NCBI GenBank assembly: GCA_965205975.1 | Contig: OZ242195.1 | Coordinates: forward strand, 3,808,001 to 3,872,000 | Length of the DNA stretch: 64,000 nucleotides | Direction: 5' to 3' | Source of the DNA: Candidatus Latescibacterota bacterium | GTDB taxonomy: Bacteria; Latescibacterota; UBA2968 | Part shown: in pieces, positions 9,776 to 20,750 of the stretch | Layout of the letters: every line of letters begins with the position of its first letter | How positions within the stretch are numbered: position 1 is the first letter of the stretch | Translations under genes and position numbers: made by a program | Notes under the pieces: model-generated | Told to the model about the DNA's origin: nothing | The model's input: the letters and a program-made list of their open reading frames with translations, nothing else | The model's database searches: none

Positions 9776-10843
9776 ATGTTTGAACAACTCAAAACCATTG
9801 AAACCCGCTATTTCAAACTCGGCGAAGAAATGGCCAGACCCGAAGTCGCCTCAGACCCCAACCGCATTCGCAAACTCGGCAAAGAATATCGCGACCTCGA
9901 AGAAATCGTCACAGCTTATCGCGACTACAACAAAGTGTGCGAAGACCTCGCCGAAGTAAATGACATCATCAGCACATCAGATGACGCCGAGCTTGTCGAT
10001 ATGGCGCAGATGGAAAAAGAAGACCTCGCCCTGCGCGAATCAGACCTGTCCAACAAGCTCAAAATGCTCTTAATCCCCAAAGACCCCAACGACAGTAAAG
10101 ACACCGTCGTCGAAATACGCGCAGGTGCGGGCGGAGACGAAGCCGCCCTCTTTGCCGCCGACCTCCACCGCATGTACTCGCGCTATGCGGAAAACACGGG
10201 TGGCCGCTGTGAAATCCTCAGTTCAAATCCCACGGGAATTGGTGGATACAAAGAGATCATCTTCTTAGTCGTTGGCAACGGCATCTACGGTAGGCTAAAA
10301 TACGAAAGCGGTGTACACCGGGTCCAGCGCATTCCCGAAACCGAATCCAGTGGCCGCATCCATACCTCAACAGCCACGGTAGCCGTTCTTCCCGACGCAG
10401 AAGATGTCGATATCGACATCGATCTCAACGACCTCAAAATTGATGTCTTTCGCTCCTCGGGTCCCGGCGGTCAAAGCGTCAACACCACCGACTCGGCAGT
10501 GCGCATCACCCACATGCCATCGGGTCTTGTCGTTACGTGTCAAGACGAAAAATCCCAGCACAAAAACAGAGCCAAAGCACTCAAAGTCTTGCGCTCGCGC
10601 CTGCTCGACCAGGCCATCCGCGAACAACAGGCAAAAACCGCCGCCGACCGCCGCTCACAAATTGGCAGCGGCGACCGAAGCGCGAAAATTCGCACCTACA
10701 ATTTCCCACAGGGGCGCGTAACCGACCACCGCATCAAACTCACCCTGCACAGACTTGAAGACATTCTGGACGGCAACATCGCAGAACTCATCGAAGCCCT
10801 TCGCCTCTCTGACCAAACGGAAAAACTCAAACAACAGGAATAG
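9776..10843 (+). CDS. prfA: Peptide chain release factor 1
   Basis: GGQ motif ([10 protein letters not shown]), PET recognition motif, RTYNFPQGR; followed by prmC. Confidence 0.96.
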   Translation: MFEQLKTIETRYFKLGEEMARPEVASDPNRIRKLGKEYRDLEEIVTAYRDYNKVCEDLAEVNDIISTSDDAELVDMAQMEKEDLALRESDLSNKLKMLLIPKDPNDSKDTVVEIRAGAGGDEAALFAADLHRMYSRYAENTGGRCEILSSNPTGIGGYKEIIFLVVGNGIYGRLKYESGVHRVQRIPETESSGRIHTSTATVAVLPDAEDVDIDIDLNDLKIDVFRSSGPGGQSVNTTDSAVRITHMPSGLVVTCQDEKSQHKNRAKALKVLRSRLLDQAIREQQAKTAADRRSQIGSGDRSAKIRTYNFPQGRVTDHRIKLTLHRLEDILDGNIAELIEALRLSDQTEKLKQQE

Positions 10844-10855
10844 ACGAGAAAAGCG

Positions 10856-10945
10856 CGAATAGACGAATAGACGAACCCCGCCCCACCACCCAAAGTTGCC
10901 ACAAACTCCGTCGTTGATTCGTTGATTCGTTGATTCGTTGATTCG
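10856..10945. repeat. Partial composite repeat: CGAATAGA repeats plus (GTTGATTC)x4
   Basis: Tandem octamers seen directly; shares ends with the 7594 and 49080 elements. Confidence 0.7.
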
Positions 10946-10952
10946 TACTCCT

Positions 10953-11810
10953 ATGTCCTCCTCCATTCACCATCTCCTCATTTGGGCCAGAGATATCCTC
11001 ATCAAAGCGGATGTCCCCAGTCCACAGGCAGATGCCGAATGGACACTCGCCCACGTGCTCGAATGCCCGCGTTCAGAACTGCTTATGCGGGCGCGCCAGC
11101 CGCTCACACCTGAACAAAACGCGACCTTTCGCAACTTGATACACCGCCGCGCCAATCGCATCCCCCTGCAACATCTCCTGGGCAACACCGAATTTTACAG
11201 CCTCCCCTTTTACACCTCGCCCGATGCCCTGATCCCCCGACCAGAAACAGAAACCCTCATCGAAATTGTCCTCGACCAATTAAAAAACATCACAAAACCC
11301 CGCATCCTCGACATTGGCACCGGATCGGGAATCATCGCCATTACCCTGAGCAAAGCACTCACAGGATCGCGTGTAATCGCCACAGACATATCGCGCAAAG
11401 CACTTTACCTCGCCAGCCAAAACGCCCGCCTCAACGGCGTTTCCGACCGCATTTCCTTTCTGCAAACCGACCTCCTCACACCCTTTACACCGCCAGAGGA
11501 CTTCAATGCCATTCTCTCCAACCCGCCCTATATTCCCAGCCGTGCAATCGACGCGCTACAACCCGAAGTCCGCGCCTGTGATCCTCACCTCGCCTTAGAT
11601 GGAGGCAGAGACGGCCTCGACTTCTATCGCAAAATCATTCCCACCAGTGTCCCCTTGCTCGCGCCGGACGGATTATTGGGTTTGGAAATCGGCCACGACC
11701 AGGCCCATGCCGTCACTCAACTCCTCGCGCGACAAAATGGCCTCACCCACATCGCTACCCACACCGACCTGAGTGGATATCCCCGCGCGGTACTCGCTCA
11801 AAGGCGGTGA
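10953..11810 (+). CDS. prmC: Release factor glutamine methyltransferase
   Basis: LIPRPETE, LDIGTGSG, SNPPY, ALDGG.DGL. Confidence 0.95.
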   Translation: MSSSIHHLLIWARDILIKADVPSPQADAEWTLAHVLECPRSELLMRARQPLTPEQNATFRNLIHRRANRIPLQHLLGNTEFYSLPFYTSPDALIPRPETETLIEIVLDQLKNITKPRILDIGTGSGIIAITLSKALTGSRVIATDISRKALYLASQNARLNGVSDRISFLQTDLLTPFTPPEDFNAILSNPPYIPSRAIDALQPEVRACDPHLALDGGRDGLDFYRKIIPTSVPLLAPDGLLGLEIGHDQAHAVTQLLARQNGLTHIATHTDLSGYPRAVLAQRR

Positions 11811-11831
11811 GACGTAAGACGTTAATGGCAC

Positions 11832-11864
11832 GTCATCGCGGCATGGTGTTGAGCCGCGATCCAG
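11832..11864. repeat. 33-bp palindromic repeat, family B (GTCATCGCGG...CCGCGATCCAG)
   Basis: Exact reverse complement of 37475-37507; variants at 19695, 39362, 40404, 57015. Confidence 0.85.
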
Positions 11865-12016
11865 TGGGGTGGTGTTGGGTGGTCCTCTTACATCTTACTT
11901 CTTACCTCTTACCTTTTATTGACTTTTACGACCTTTTTTGTTAATTTCTCACGCCTTAAACCCATCGTTTCGTCGGTGGTTTACATTCGTTTGTCTCACC
12001 CCTTTATAAACGCGCC

Positions 12017-12985
12017 ATGTTAGACCAAATTTTCGCGCCCATCCAATATCAGATCGCACGCTTTGAAACCCGTCTCGAAGAGATCATGACGGCCTCTGAT
12101 GTCGGGGGCATACAAGAAATGGCCTATCACGTTGTTAAAAACAGGGGCAGGCGTTTTCGACCTGCTCTTGCATTCTTAACAGCGCAGGCCGTAGGCGAGT
12201 GTTCAGATGCGGTGATTGATGCTGCTGTAGGCGTTGAAATTATACAAACGGCATCGCTTATTCACGATGACGTAATCGACAATGCGGAAACGCGCCGGGG
12301 TGCCGACGTCTTACACTTCCAATGGGGCAACCGCGCAGCCATTTTGATGGGCGATTTTCTTTTTGCCAAATCAATGCAAGTACTCGTTGGCCTCAACTCC
12401 CTAAAGGTCATGGACGCCACGACCCACGCGATACAGCGCGTCGTCGAAGGAGAAATACTCGAGGGCGAAATGTCTTCTTCGGGCGAAGCGTTGCTCTATT
12501 TTCGCATGATCAACAAAAAAACGGCATCACTGCTCGCGCTGGCTTGCGAATTGGGTGCTATTTTGGGCAATGGATCGTCCAACCAGATCGCTCGCATGGC
12601 GTCTTTCGGCAGTGAAATCGGCGTCGCCTTCCAGATTACCGACGACGTCCTCGACCTGATGGGCAGTGCAAATAACATGGGCAAACCCACGGGAAACGAT
12701 CTTCGAGAAAAAAAATTGACCCTACCCTTAATTCGGGCACTGGCAAACTGCAAAAATGGCGAAGCTGCCCATATTCGCAGCAAAGTACTCAATGGCGTAG
12801 AAACCGACAGCGACTGGCGAGAAATCATGCGCTTTGTCCAGCGCTATCGGGGCGTAGAAGCCGCGCGAGAAGAAGCGCGTTCTTATGCACAATCCGCTCT
12901 CAAAAATCTGAATGCTCTACACACCTCCAGCGCGCGCGACGCGCTTGCACTGGCGGTTCAACACGTAGTTGAACGCGACCAGTGA
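12017..12985 (+). CDS. Polyprenyl (octaprenyl-like) diphosphate synthase
   Basis: SLIHDDVID...RRG and FQITDDVLD aspartate-rich motifs. Confidence 0.93.
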   Translation: MLDQIFAPIQYQIARFETRLEEIMTASDVGGIQEMAYHVVKNRGRRFRPALAFLTAQAVGECSDAVIDAAVGVEIIQTASLIHDDVIDNAETRRGADVLHFQWGNRAAILMGDFLFAKSMQVLVGLNSLKVMDATTHAIQRVVEGEILEGEMSSSGEALLYFRMINKKTASLLALACELGAILGNGSSNQIARMASFGSEIGVAFQITDDVLDLMGSANNMGKPTGNDLREKKLTLPLIRALANCKNGEAAHIRSKVLNGVETDSDWREIMRFVQRYRGVEAAREEARSYAQSALKNLNALHTSSARDALALAVQHVVERDQ

Positions 12986-13014
12986 ATCACACCTAAACGG
13001 AGTAACTTTCTGCG

Positions 13015-15543
13015 ATGACCCGAGAATACTGGCGTTTGTTAATCATCTGTGCGACCATAGTACTCGCACTTTTTTATCTCTATCCCACCTACCAGTTTTA
13101 CTACACACATCTGGAAAATTTAGACCTGCGAGAGCGCGTAAAACAGCAAGCCATCAACCTGGGACTGGACTTGCAAGGGGGTATCCACCTCGTTCTCGAA
13201 GTGGATCAAACCAATCTCTCAGAAGATGAAAAAACAGACGTGGTTGCGCGCGCCCTCGAAATTATCCGCAATCGCATCGATCAATTTGGCGTCTCTGAAC
13301 CCATCATTCACCGCGAAGGCGATTGGCGCATCGTGGTCGAATTGCCAGGTGTACAAGACATCGAACGCGCCAAGGGCCTGATCGGCAAAACCGCGCGTCT
13401 CGAATTCAAAATCCTCAAATCCGACGCCGACCGCGCTGGCATAATCGAAAAAATTGACCGACACCTTGCCGCGCAGGCACCTGTTGACAGCGCGAAAGCC
13501 GAAGACCCGCTCCTCGGGCAAATAGCCGAAGACACCCCATCTCTCTCTCGCTATATGCTCTCTTCTCGGGGAGACTTCGTGGTGCCGGAAGACAATATAC
13601 TAACCGTACGAGAACTTCTGAATCGTCCAGACGTACAAAAACTCCTGCCACCCGACGCGCAATTCCTGTGGAATTCCAAAGACGAAGAAATGGGCGACGG
13701 ACAACGCTATCGCGCGCTCTACTATCTCAAAAGACGCGTAGAAATGACAGGTGAAATCCTCTCCGATGCCTCTGTTACAACCGGACAATCCTTTGAAAAC
13801 GCCGGTCAACCCATTGTCAACTTCACCACCACCAGCCAGGGCGTGCGCCTCTTTGGACGGGTCACGGGCGCCAACGTGGGCGAACGCATGGCCATCATTC
13901 TCGATGATCAGGTCTATTCCGCGCCCACAATCCGCTCCAAAATCAACCAGGGCTCGGGCATTATTGAAGGCACTGGCACCATTGACGAAGCCAAAGACCT
14001 CGCCATTGTCTTGCGTGCAGGTGCGCTACCCGCCGACGTCAATATCGTCGAAGACCGCACCGTGGGACCATCGCTTGGACGCGACTCCATAGAACAGGGC
14101 AGAAATGCAGCCCTCATCGGCCTCGTCATCGTCATCATTTTTATGGTCATCTACTACGGCTTTTCGGGTCTCGTCGCCGATCTTGCGCTCGTGCTCAACC
14201 TCGTCTTTGTCATGGCCATCCTCGCGGCATTTCAAGGCACGCTCACCCTGCCCGGCATAGCGGGTATTATTTTAACCATTGGTATGGCAGTAGATGCCAA
14301 CGTGCTGATTCTCGAACGCATCCGCGAGGAATTGCGCGCGGAAAAAACCCTGCGGGTAGCCATTGAAAATGGTTATGCGCGCGCCGTACAGACCATCGTC
14401 GATGCCAACGTAACCACCATCATCACCGCCATCGTGCTCTACCAATACGGCACCGGTCCCATCAAGGGCTTTGCACTCACCCTGATGATCGGTATCATCT
14501 CCTCGATGTTCACCGCCATCTTTGTCACGCGCACCATTTACGACACCATTGTCTCGCGCCAGGTCAATCCCCGCCTCAGCATTGGCAGGCTGCGGGTATT
14601 TGGCGACACCAGCATCAACTTTCTCGGGGTTCGACGGGGCGCTTTCATCTTGTCCGCTGTTCTCATCCTGTTCGGCCTGGGATCCACCATCACCAAAGGC
14701 GGTTATAACCTGGGCATCGACTTTGCCGGCGGCACATTGCTCGAATTGCACTTTGATCCCCCGGCCTCTGTCGGCGACATCCGCCAGTCCCTGGGCGACG
14801 TCCGCGTTGAGGACCAGATCATGGACTTGCGCAACAGCGAAATCAAAGAATTCGGCACGGTCAACGACATCCTCATTCGCGTGGAAGAAGAAGCCGAAGG
14901 CACGGCCATTGCAGACGCCATAAAAACCAGACTCAAATCCGATTTTGCCGGCAATATTCAAGACGAGACCGAATGGTTGCGGCGGCAGGAAGCCGTCGGG
15001 CCCAAAATAGGCGAAGAACTCAAGACCAATGCCGTATATGCCATCCTCGTCGCAATGATACTCATTATCATCTACGTGTGGTGGCGCTTCAGGCAAATTG
15101 AATTTGGGATCGCAGCCGTCATCGCCCTTTTCCACGACGTCATGATCACCCTCGGGATCTTTTCAGTCCTGAATTGGGAGATCTCCCTGGCCATTGTGGC
15201 GGCCCTGCTCACCATTGTGGGATACTCCCTCAACGATACAATTGTGGTCTATGACCGCATACGCGAAGACATCAAATTGTATCGCCGCGATACCTTTGGC
15301 AGCGTAATCAACCGCGCCATCAACGAGTGTCTCAACCGCACAGTACTCACCTCGGGCACCACCATGTTGGTCGTCCTCTCCCTCATCTTCCTGGGCGGAG
15401 AAGTAATCCGCGACTTTGCATTCGCCCTGCTCATCGGCGTTATCGTGGGAACCTACTCCTCGGCATTTGTCGCATCGCCCATCGTGGTCGAATGGCACAA
15501 CCGCCGGGAAGCAAAAGCGAGACAGGGACGGAGTGCGGCGTAG
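13015..15543 (+). CDS. secDF: Fused protein translocase subunit SecDF
   Basis: LGLDLQGG, GMAVDANVLI.ERIREE, GIDFAGG, GYSLNDTIVVYDRIRE. Confidence 0.96.
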   Translation: MTREYWRLLIICATIVLALFYLYPTYQFYYTHLENLDLRERVKQQAINLGLDLQGGIHLVLEVDQTNLSEDEKTDVVARALEIIRNRIDQFGVSEPIIHREGDWRIVVELPGVQDIERAKGLIGKTARLEFKILKSDADRAGIIEKIDRHLAAQAPVDSAKAEDPLLGQIAEDTPSLSRYMLSSRGDFVVPEDNILTVRELLNRPDVQKLLPPDAQFLWNSKDEEMGDGQRYRALYYLKRRVEMTGEILSDASVTTGQSFENAGQPIVNFTTTSQGVRLFGRVTGANVGERMAIILDDQVYSAPTIRSKINQGSGIIEGTGTIDEAKDLAIVLRAGALPADVNIVEDRTVGPSLGRDSIEQGRNAALIGLVIVIIFMVIYYGFSGLVADLALVLNLVFVMAILAAFQGTLTLPGIAGIILTIGMAVDANVLILERIREELRAEKTLRVAIENGYARAVQTIVDANVTTIITAIVLYQYGTGPIKGFALTLMIGIISSMFTAIFVTRTIYDTIVSRQVNPRLSIGRLRVFGDTSINFLGVRRGAFILSAVLILFGLGSTITKGGYNLGIDFAGGTLLELHFDPPASVGDIRQSLGDVRVEDQIMDLRNSEIKEFGTVNDILIRVEEEAEGTAIADAIKTRLKSDFAGNIQDETEWLRRQEAVGPKIGEELKTNAVYAILVAMILIIIYVWWRFRQIEFGIAAVIALFHDVMITLGIFSVLNWEISLAIVAALLTIVGYSLNDTIVVYDRIREDIKLYRRDTFGSVINRAINECLNRTVLTSGTTMLVVLSLIFLGGEVIRDFAFALLIGVIVGTYSSAFVASPIVVEWHNRREAKARQGRSAA

Positions 15544-15561
15544 GTTGAGCTAAATAAAATG

Positions 15562-15603
15562 AAAGAAGCACCTGATCAGATGAGTGATCGGGTGCTTCTT
15601 TTA
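15562..15603. terminator. Intrinsic terminator after secDF
   Basis: AAAGAAGCACCTGATC...GATCGGGTGCTTCTTTT. Confidence 0.8.
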
Positions 15604-15724
15604 TACTGTCGATAAGAAAGCCGATTCAATATTGACTCGCAAACTATATTTTTTAAATTAATACAAACGTTCACATAGATCTCTTATGAAGTTAGCACAG
15701 TTCAACACCTGGAGGGATAACACA

Positions 15725-15973
15725 ATGGCAGCAAAAACACAGCACCGCATCTCAAAATTTGCCTGCCTGAGCAGCATGATCCTCTTGCTGACACTCATCT
15801 TCAGCGGATCTGCTTTTGCCCAATACACCTATACCTGGAAAACCGATACAACTTATTTTATATATCCTTATTTATCCACATACCCCCGTGTAATATCAAT
15901 AATCAACCCAATATCATACCGCGCATCCTCCACGGGTGTGCGGCACGGCTCGCCATCTGTAATACACGCGTGA
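15725..15973 (+). pseudogene. Probable 5' remnant of a secreted-protein gene (signal peptide only)
   Basis: GGAGG RBS; MAAKTQHR...LLLTLIFSGSAFA/QY signal peptide; the rest is antisense to the neighbouring gene. Confidence 0.45.
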
Positions 15974-16947
15974 AAATGCCGAAGCTCTCGCACAAACGGA
16001 CTCTCCCAATCAATCTCGGGACTGCGCGTACCGTGAGATCCATTGGCGTGAATTTCCAATACATCCAGCGTTGACAAAATCCCCCGTGCAAAACCCGTGG
16101 GATACGACAAAATAACGCGCTTATCGTCCTTGTGAACCTCGAGCGTCTCCTTAAAATGCCACAAATCGGGCAAATCGATCCACGTAGCCACACACCGCGC
16201 CCCCGATGCATATTGCAAAATCGTCGTCATCGCCCGCCCGCCTTGCCACACCTCGGTACTCACCACCCGAGTCGGATTGCCCAGCATCAGACGCAACCCG
16301 TACAAATCGTGAATCATACTCCCCGACAGCGTAAAAAACGCCCGCGCAGCATCATCTGACACATCGCCCACCGCCTGCTTCAAAGCCGCCTGCCGCGCTT
16401 TGTTTCTCTCAACTGCCGCTTCGGGCGGTAAATCGTCAAAATAGGTCAACTCAAACTGCTTCAAATGCAAATTATTATTCGGATGCAAATGATTCACCTG
16501 CACAAAACGCACATCGCCCGCATCTCCCACCTCCTCCCGCGCCAACTCATACGCCGGATCATAGACCTTCATATAACCCACCTGCCCCACCGTACCCGCT
16601 CGCTCCCTCGCGGCACATATCGCATCCACTTCCTCCAGCGAATAGCACATCGGCTTCTCAATAAACACATGCTTACCCGCCGCAAATGCCGCCACCGCCA
16701 GTTCCGTCTTTGGATCCGCATGGCACAAAATCACCGCATCCACATCCCGCGCCTGTAACAACTCATGCGGATCCGTCGTATAATTCGGCACGCCAAAAAC
16801 CTCTGCCAGCCACCGCGCCAACCCCGGCGAAATATCGCACACCCACGTCACTTCATAAAGCGCGTGCAAAATCCCCAAATTCGGCATATGCTGCACCTGT
16901 GCAATCGCCCCGCAACCAATAATCCCCATCCTGATTTTATCCATCAC
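15868..16947 (-). CDS. Gfo/Idh/MocA family oxidoreductase
   Basis: GIIGCGAIA, HVFIEKP, IHD motifs. Confidence 0.9.
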   Translation of the reverse strand: MMDKIRMGIIGCGAIAQVQHMPNLGILHALYEVTWVCDISPGLARWLAEVFGVPNYTTDPHELLQARDVDAVILCHADPKTELAVAAFAAGKHVFIEKPMCYSLEEVDAICAARERAGTVGQVGYMKVYDPAYELAREEVGDAGDVRFVQVNHLHPNNNLHLKQFELTYFDDLPPEAAVERNKARQAALKQAVGDVSDDAARAFFTLSGSMIHDLYGLRLMLGNPTRVVSTEVWQGGRAMTTILQYASGARCVATWIDLPDLWHFKETLEVHKDDKRVILSYPTGFARGILSTLDVLEIHANGSHGTRSPEIDWESPFVRELRHFHACITDGEPCRTPVEDARYDIGLIIDITRGYVDK

Positions 16948-17543
16948 ACCCTCCTGACCTTTATATTCTCCACCACAGCCGTAACCCCGGCAACCACACC
17001 TGTCCGAATCGTCTCCAGTGCCATACTCGGCTGCGACCTCCCCAGTTCCGTAACAAGCTCCGGCGTAGGCGGCACGTGAATAAAACCCGCGGGCAGATCA
17101 TCCTCAGCGACCAGATGCAACACAGAATACATAATATGATTGCACAAAAACGTACCCGCCGAATACGTCAACCGCGCCGGCACCCCAACATCCTCCATCC
17201 GCTCAACCATAGCCCGGGTCGGCAAAGAAGAAAAATAGGCATCCGGACCCCCTTCAACAATGGGATAATCGACCCCATCTATCACCTTCAGATTAATCCC
17301 AACGCGCTCGACATGGAGCGCAGACGCAGAACCGTGCAACCCCAAACACACCACCGCCACTGGCTCGTGTTCTACTATCAACTGGGCAACCCGATCAATA
17401 TCCGCACCGTGAACAACCGGCAACACAGCCGAAACAACCTCGCATCCACCAATCGAAATCCCATTCAGAGACTCAGCCACAGCACCCGAGGGATTGGACG
17501 ACCACTCTGCCCAGGGTTCAAAACCCGTCAGTAAAATCTTCAT
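16944..17543 (-). CDS. pcp: Pyroglutamyl-peptidase I
   Basis: LLTGFEP...NPS, VER.GIN, AGTFLCN, GFIHVP (Glu-Cys-His triad). Confidence 0.92.
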   Translation of the reverse strand: MKILLTGFEPWAEWSSNPSGAVAESLNGISIGGCEVVSAVLPVVHGADIDRVAQLIVEHEPVAVVCLGLHGSASALHVERVGINLKVIDGVDYPIVEGGPDAYFSSLPTRAMVERMEDVGVPARLTYSAGTFLCNHIMYSVLHLVAEDDLPAGFIHVPPTPELVTELGRSQPSMALETIRTGVVAGVTAVVENIKVRRV

Positions 17544-19591
17544 GCGCCCTCCGCTGTAATACAAGAAACAATCCGCCCACCTGTGATCTCGACGCCCTCA
17601 CATTGAACAGCCTCAATCGCAACATCACCCTTATCCCAAATAACAGAACCCGTCCCCATAGCCTCGACATGCACCTCCCCCTCGGGCACCGTAAGCGTCA
17701 GAGATTCTGGCTCCACCCCGTAAAAAGCCGCCACATAGCGCTCAGTCTGAGAACATGCAAAAAGCCATGCGGGCTGTCTTCCGCAGATCAACCTGGCGTC
17801 TCCAACCGAGATTTCACCCGCACAACTCTGACGGGCAAAAGGCGACTCGAGCGGTGGCCAGCCCAGGACACCCTCCTGCGTCCAGCGATTCTGAAGAACC
17901 CAATTCAGCAAATCGATCTCAATACCCAGCGTCTGACCATCCCGAGCATATTCCACAGACCACGACCGCGTCTTCCCAGCATCATAAGTCACAGGCGGCG
18001 CAGCATCATCTCTCAGAGCACCACCAGCAACCGCCCGCACAAAAGACTGCACATCGGCATAATCCGAACGCTCAGCCATCTCCGCATAAAAACCGCACCG
18101 GGGCTTACCCTGATAAAAAGAACCCGGATGCCCCTGTTCCCAGAACGTCTTGGACGGACCCAGATAATTATATAGCTCAAAAAAAAGATGCGTATCGTAC
18201 GCCACCAGACGCAGAGGCGCATTCCGCCCCAAATCTGTACGCGCAAGCGGACGAATCGCAGAAAGAACCGGACCGACTGCAACACCAACCGTAGCACCTT
18301 CCGGAACATCGAACGGCAAACTCTCCACCTTCTCATCACCAACCCAAATCTCATCCACCAGCCCCCGATCGTGCCAGCACACAACGGCTTTGGCACTACT
18401 CCGCAGCGCCATCGCCCCCAGATCCTTCGGCGAATAGAGCACAATCGCCCGGGAACCATCCTGGACATTGTGACACTGACCCTCCTCAAAAAGAATCTGA
18501 TCATTGGACCGCGCGGGCGTTGACCGAAACGACCCGAGCCAGTGATCATCCAGCACATACCGGGAATAAATAACACCCGTTTGATCCGTACCCGTCTTGT
18601 GATGCGCGATAAAAACACTCGACTGCCCGATAATAAAGCGATTCGTCTGACTGCGAAGCTCCTGAGAAGAAACCCCCAGCGCAAACGAAGGACTGTGATA
18701 CGTGGAGATCCCCACGCCATTTTCCGAATCGGCAGTCTCCGAAAGAAAAAACGTCTCTGGACGGTAATCAACCGCATCGGACAGCCATGCAGGAATAATA
18801 CCCGCCTCAATAGACGCGCGAAAACCATCTATCTCCGGCGGCGACTGGCAAAAAAGCGCGTGCCGGTACGCCCGACTAAAAGGCCCTGCCCAGCGACCCG
18901 TAGGCGGATGAATATGCAGAGCTGCTGAAAGACCAATACGCGCGCACATCGCCCCGGCACCAATGCGCGTGGGCACGTGCTGCACCAGTTCGCCCAGCCG
19001 GTGCAAAACGCGCATCGCCACATTCGCATAATTCGGACTATTAAACTCGTACGCACACCCATTTCGGGTCGTAAAATCCATCCACGCCTGGAACTTCTCA
19101 TACCCTCGGCTTTTGAACGCCTCATCCCCGAGCAACTCCCCGCCCAAACACGTATTGGTAATATCCTTAATCACAATATTCGTATAGCGAAAATGAACAT
19201 CGATCCTCCGAACCTCCTCCAGCCCCAGGCGAATACTCTGTAGAACGCGCTCTTGCAAACCCGCAGAAAACGCATCCCCATAATTAATCATCAAAGGAAT
19301 AAGCTGAAAAAGACAAAACTGAACCGCATTTAAATCCTCCACCACCTCGTCCTCGCGCTCCCACAGAAAATTCCCCAAATGGGGATCGCCCTCGCGGGTC
19401 TCCTGGCATGCCAGCATCGCATCGAGAACCTTTTCAGCCAAATCGACATCCTCACGCGCACCATTCGCCAGAAGATCATTGGCAAACTCAGCCGCCTGAC
19501 GCGGCGCGTGGTACATCTTGCCCTCTTCCCAGCGAGACAGCATACAGGTATCGGGATTGAAATTCGAGGGAATTGAAAGAGGTTTGGACAT
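17540..19591 (-). CDS. Large hypothetical protein
   Basis: ~683-aa ORF coupled to pcp by overlap; EFNSPNY and WAGPFSRAY motifs, family not assigned. Confidence 0.7.
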   Translation of the reverse strand: MSKPLSIPSNFNPDTCMLSRWEEGKMYHAPRQAAEFANDLLANGAREDVDLAEKVLDAMLACQETREGDPHLGNFLWEREDEVVEDLNAVQFCLFQLIPLMINYGDAFSAGLQERVLQSIRLGLEEVRRIDVHFRYTNIVIKDITNTCLGGELLGDEAFKSRGYEKFQAWMDFTTRNGCAYEFNSPNYANVAMRVLHRLGELVQHVPTRIGAGAMCARIGLSAALHIHPPTGRWAGPFSRAYRHALFCQSPPEIDGFRASIEAGIIPAWLSDAVDYRPETFFLSETADSENGVGISTYHSPSFALGVSSQELRSQTNRFIIGQSSVFIAHHKTGTDQTGVIYSRYVLDDHWLGSFRSTPARSNDQILFEEGQCHNVQDGSRAIVLYSPKDLGAMALRSSAKAVVCWHDRGLVDEIWVGDEKVESLPFDVPEGATVGVAVGPVLSAIRPLARTDLGRNAPLRLVAYDTHLFFELYNYLGPSKTFWEQGHPGSFYQGKPRCGFYAEMAERSDYADVQSFVRAVAGGALRDDAAPPVTYDAGKTRSWSVEYARDGQTLGIEIDLLNWVLQNRWTQEGVLGWPPLESPFARQSCAGEISVGDARLICGRQPAWLFACSQTERYVAAFYGVEPESLTLTVPEGEVHVEAMGTGSVIWDKGDVAIEAVQCEGVEITGGRIVSCITAEGA

Positions 19592-19660
19592 AATGCACTC
19601 CGATAGTATTGACACTTCATTGAAAGTTATGTAAAATGCGGTAAGACGTAAAAGGTCAGC

Positions 19661-19779
19661 GGGCGGGCACGGGGGCACCGCCCCTACAAAACCTCTAGAT
19701 CGCGGTTCAACTTCACACCGCGATGACGATAGCAACCCACTGCCTCTTCATCTGTGTTCATCTGTGTTCATCTGTGGTT
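19661..19779. repeat. Mosaic: GTAG REP, family B palindrome and (TTCATCTGTG)x3
   Basis: GGGCGGGCAC...GCCCCTAC 19661-19687; family B 19695-19727; decamer repeats ~19747-19777. Confidence 0.8.
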
Positions 19780-19813
19780 GCTTTTATTTTCACCGCTTTT
19801 CCAGGAGCCGCCC

Positions 19814-20656
19814 ATGGCAACCGCCGAAACACCCATCGCGATGCACGAACCATCCCTCTACAAAACGACCAGACGGGCCGACTACCTCGACACCCTCGCC
19901 GACATCGACGACCGTCAAATCGCCCGATTCCACGAACAGGGATACCTCGCCATTCAACGGGCATTTACGCCACAACAAATCGAATCCGCGGGCCAGGCCA
20001 TGTGGGACCTCATCGACGGCAAGAGCCAAGACTTCAAAGGCATAATGGCCGAAGCCGCCAAACGCGGGCATTTTTCCGAACTCACAGGCAAAGCACGCCG
20101 CGACAGCGTGCGTAAAATCTGGAAATTCGTCGATCATGACACCCGGCTCAACGACCTCGCCCACGACCCCAACATCCTCTCCGTCCTCTCCCGCCTCATG
20201 AACGACACCCCCGTACTCTTTCAGGACATGGGACTGATCAAACCCCCGCACATAGGCCGCGAAAAACCCTGGCATCAGGACTGCGCCTATTTCAACTACC
20301 CCGTCGGCACCACCGTCGTCGGCGTATGGATCGCCATCGACGCCGCCACAGAAGAAAACGGATGCTTGCACATCATCCCCGGCTCACACCGCGAAGGACC
20401 CATCCCGCATTTCAGGCGGCGCGACTGGCAAATATGCGATACCGACGTCGCCGTACCCAGAAACGTCACCGTTCCCCTCGACCCCGGCGGATGCCTCTTC
20501 TGGCACGGCATGACCCATCACGGCAGCCCAACCAACCAATCCGCCCACCGCCGCAGAGCACTGCAATACCACTACCGCCCCGAAAGCACCATAGAAATGA
20601 CCGCAAAAGAACGCCTCGCCATCTACGGCGGCGACGAACTCGGCGTGACGTGCTGA
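19814..20656 (+). CDS. PhyH-family Fe(II)/2OG dioxygenase with canonical HxD
   Basis: KPWHQD, ENGCL.IIPGSH, HHGS...RR. Confidence 0.9.
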   Translation: MATAETPIAMHEPSLYKTTRRADYLDTLADIDDRQIARFHEQGYLAIQRAFTPQQIESAGQAMWDLIDGKSQDFKGIMAEAAKRGHFSELTGKARRDSVRKIWKFVDHDTRLNDLAHDPNILSVLSRLMNDTPVLFQDMGLIKPPHIGREKPWHQDCAYFNYPVGTTVVGVWIAIDAATEENGCLHIIPGSHREGPIPHFRRRDWQICDTDVAVPRNVTVPLDPGGCLFWHGMTHHGSPTNQSAHRRRALQYHYRPESTIEMTAKERLAIYGGDELGVTC

Positions 20657-20750
20657 AACAATTTTAGATATTGTTAAGATCAGTATTTTGGGTATATTTG
20701 ATTGTCCTCACCTTTCTCCCTGCGTCTAAGACGATAGGAGGATAACGCCC

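Noticed and set aside
11886..11914. Heptamer-like pyrimidine tandem repeats (also ~47193-47222 and ~55343-55368)
   Set aside because: Low-complexity intergenic repeats at gene ends; no function can be supported from the sequence.
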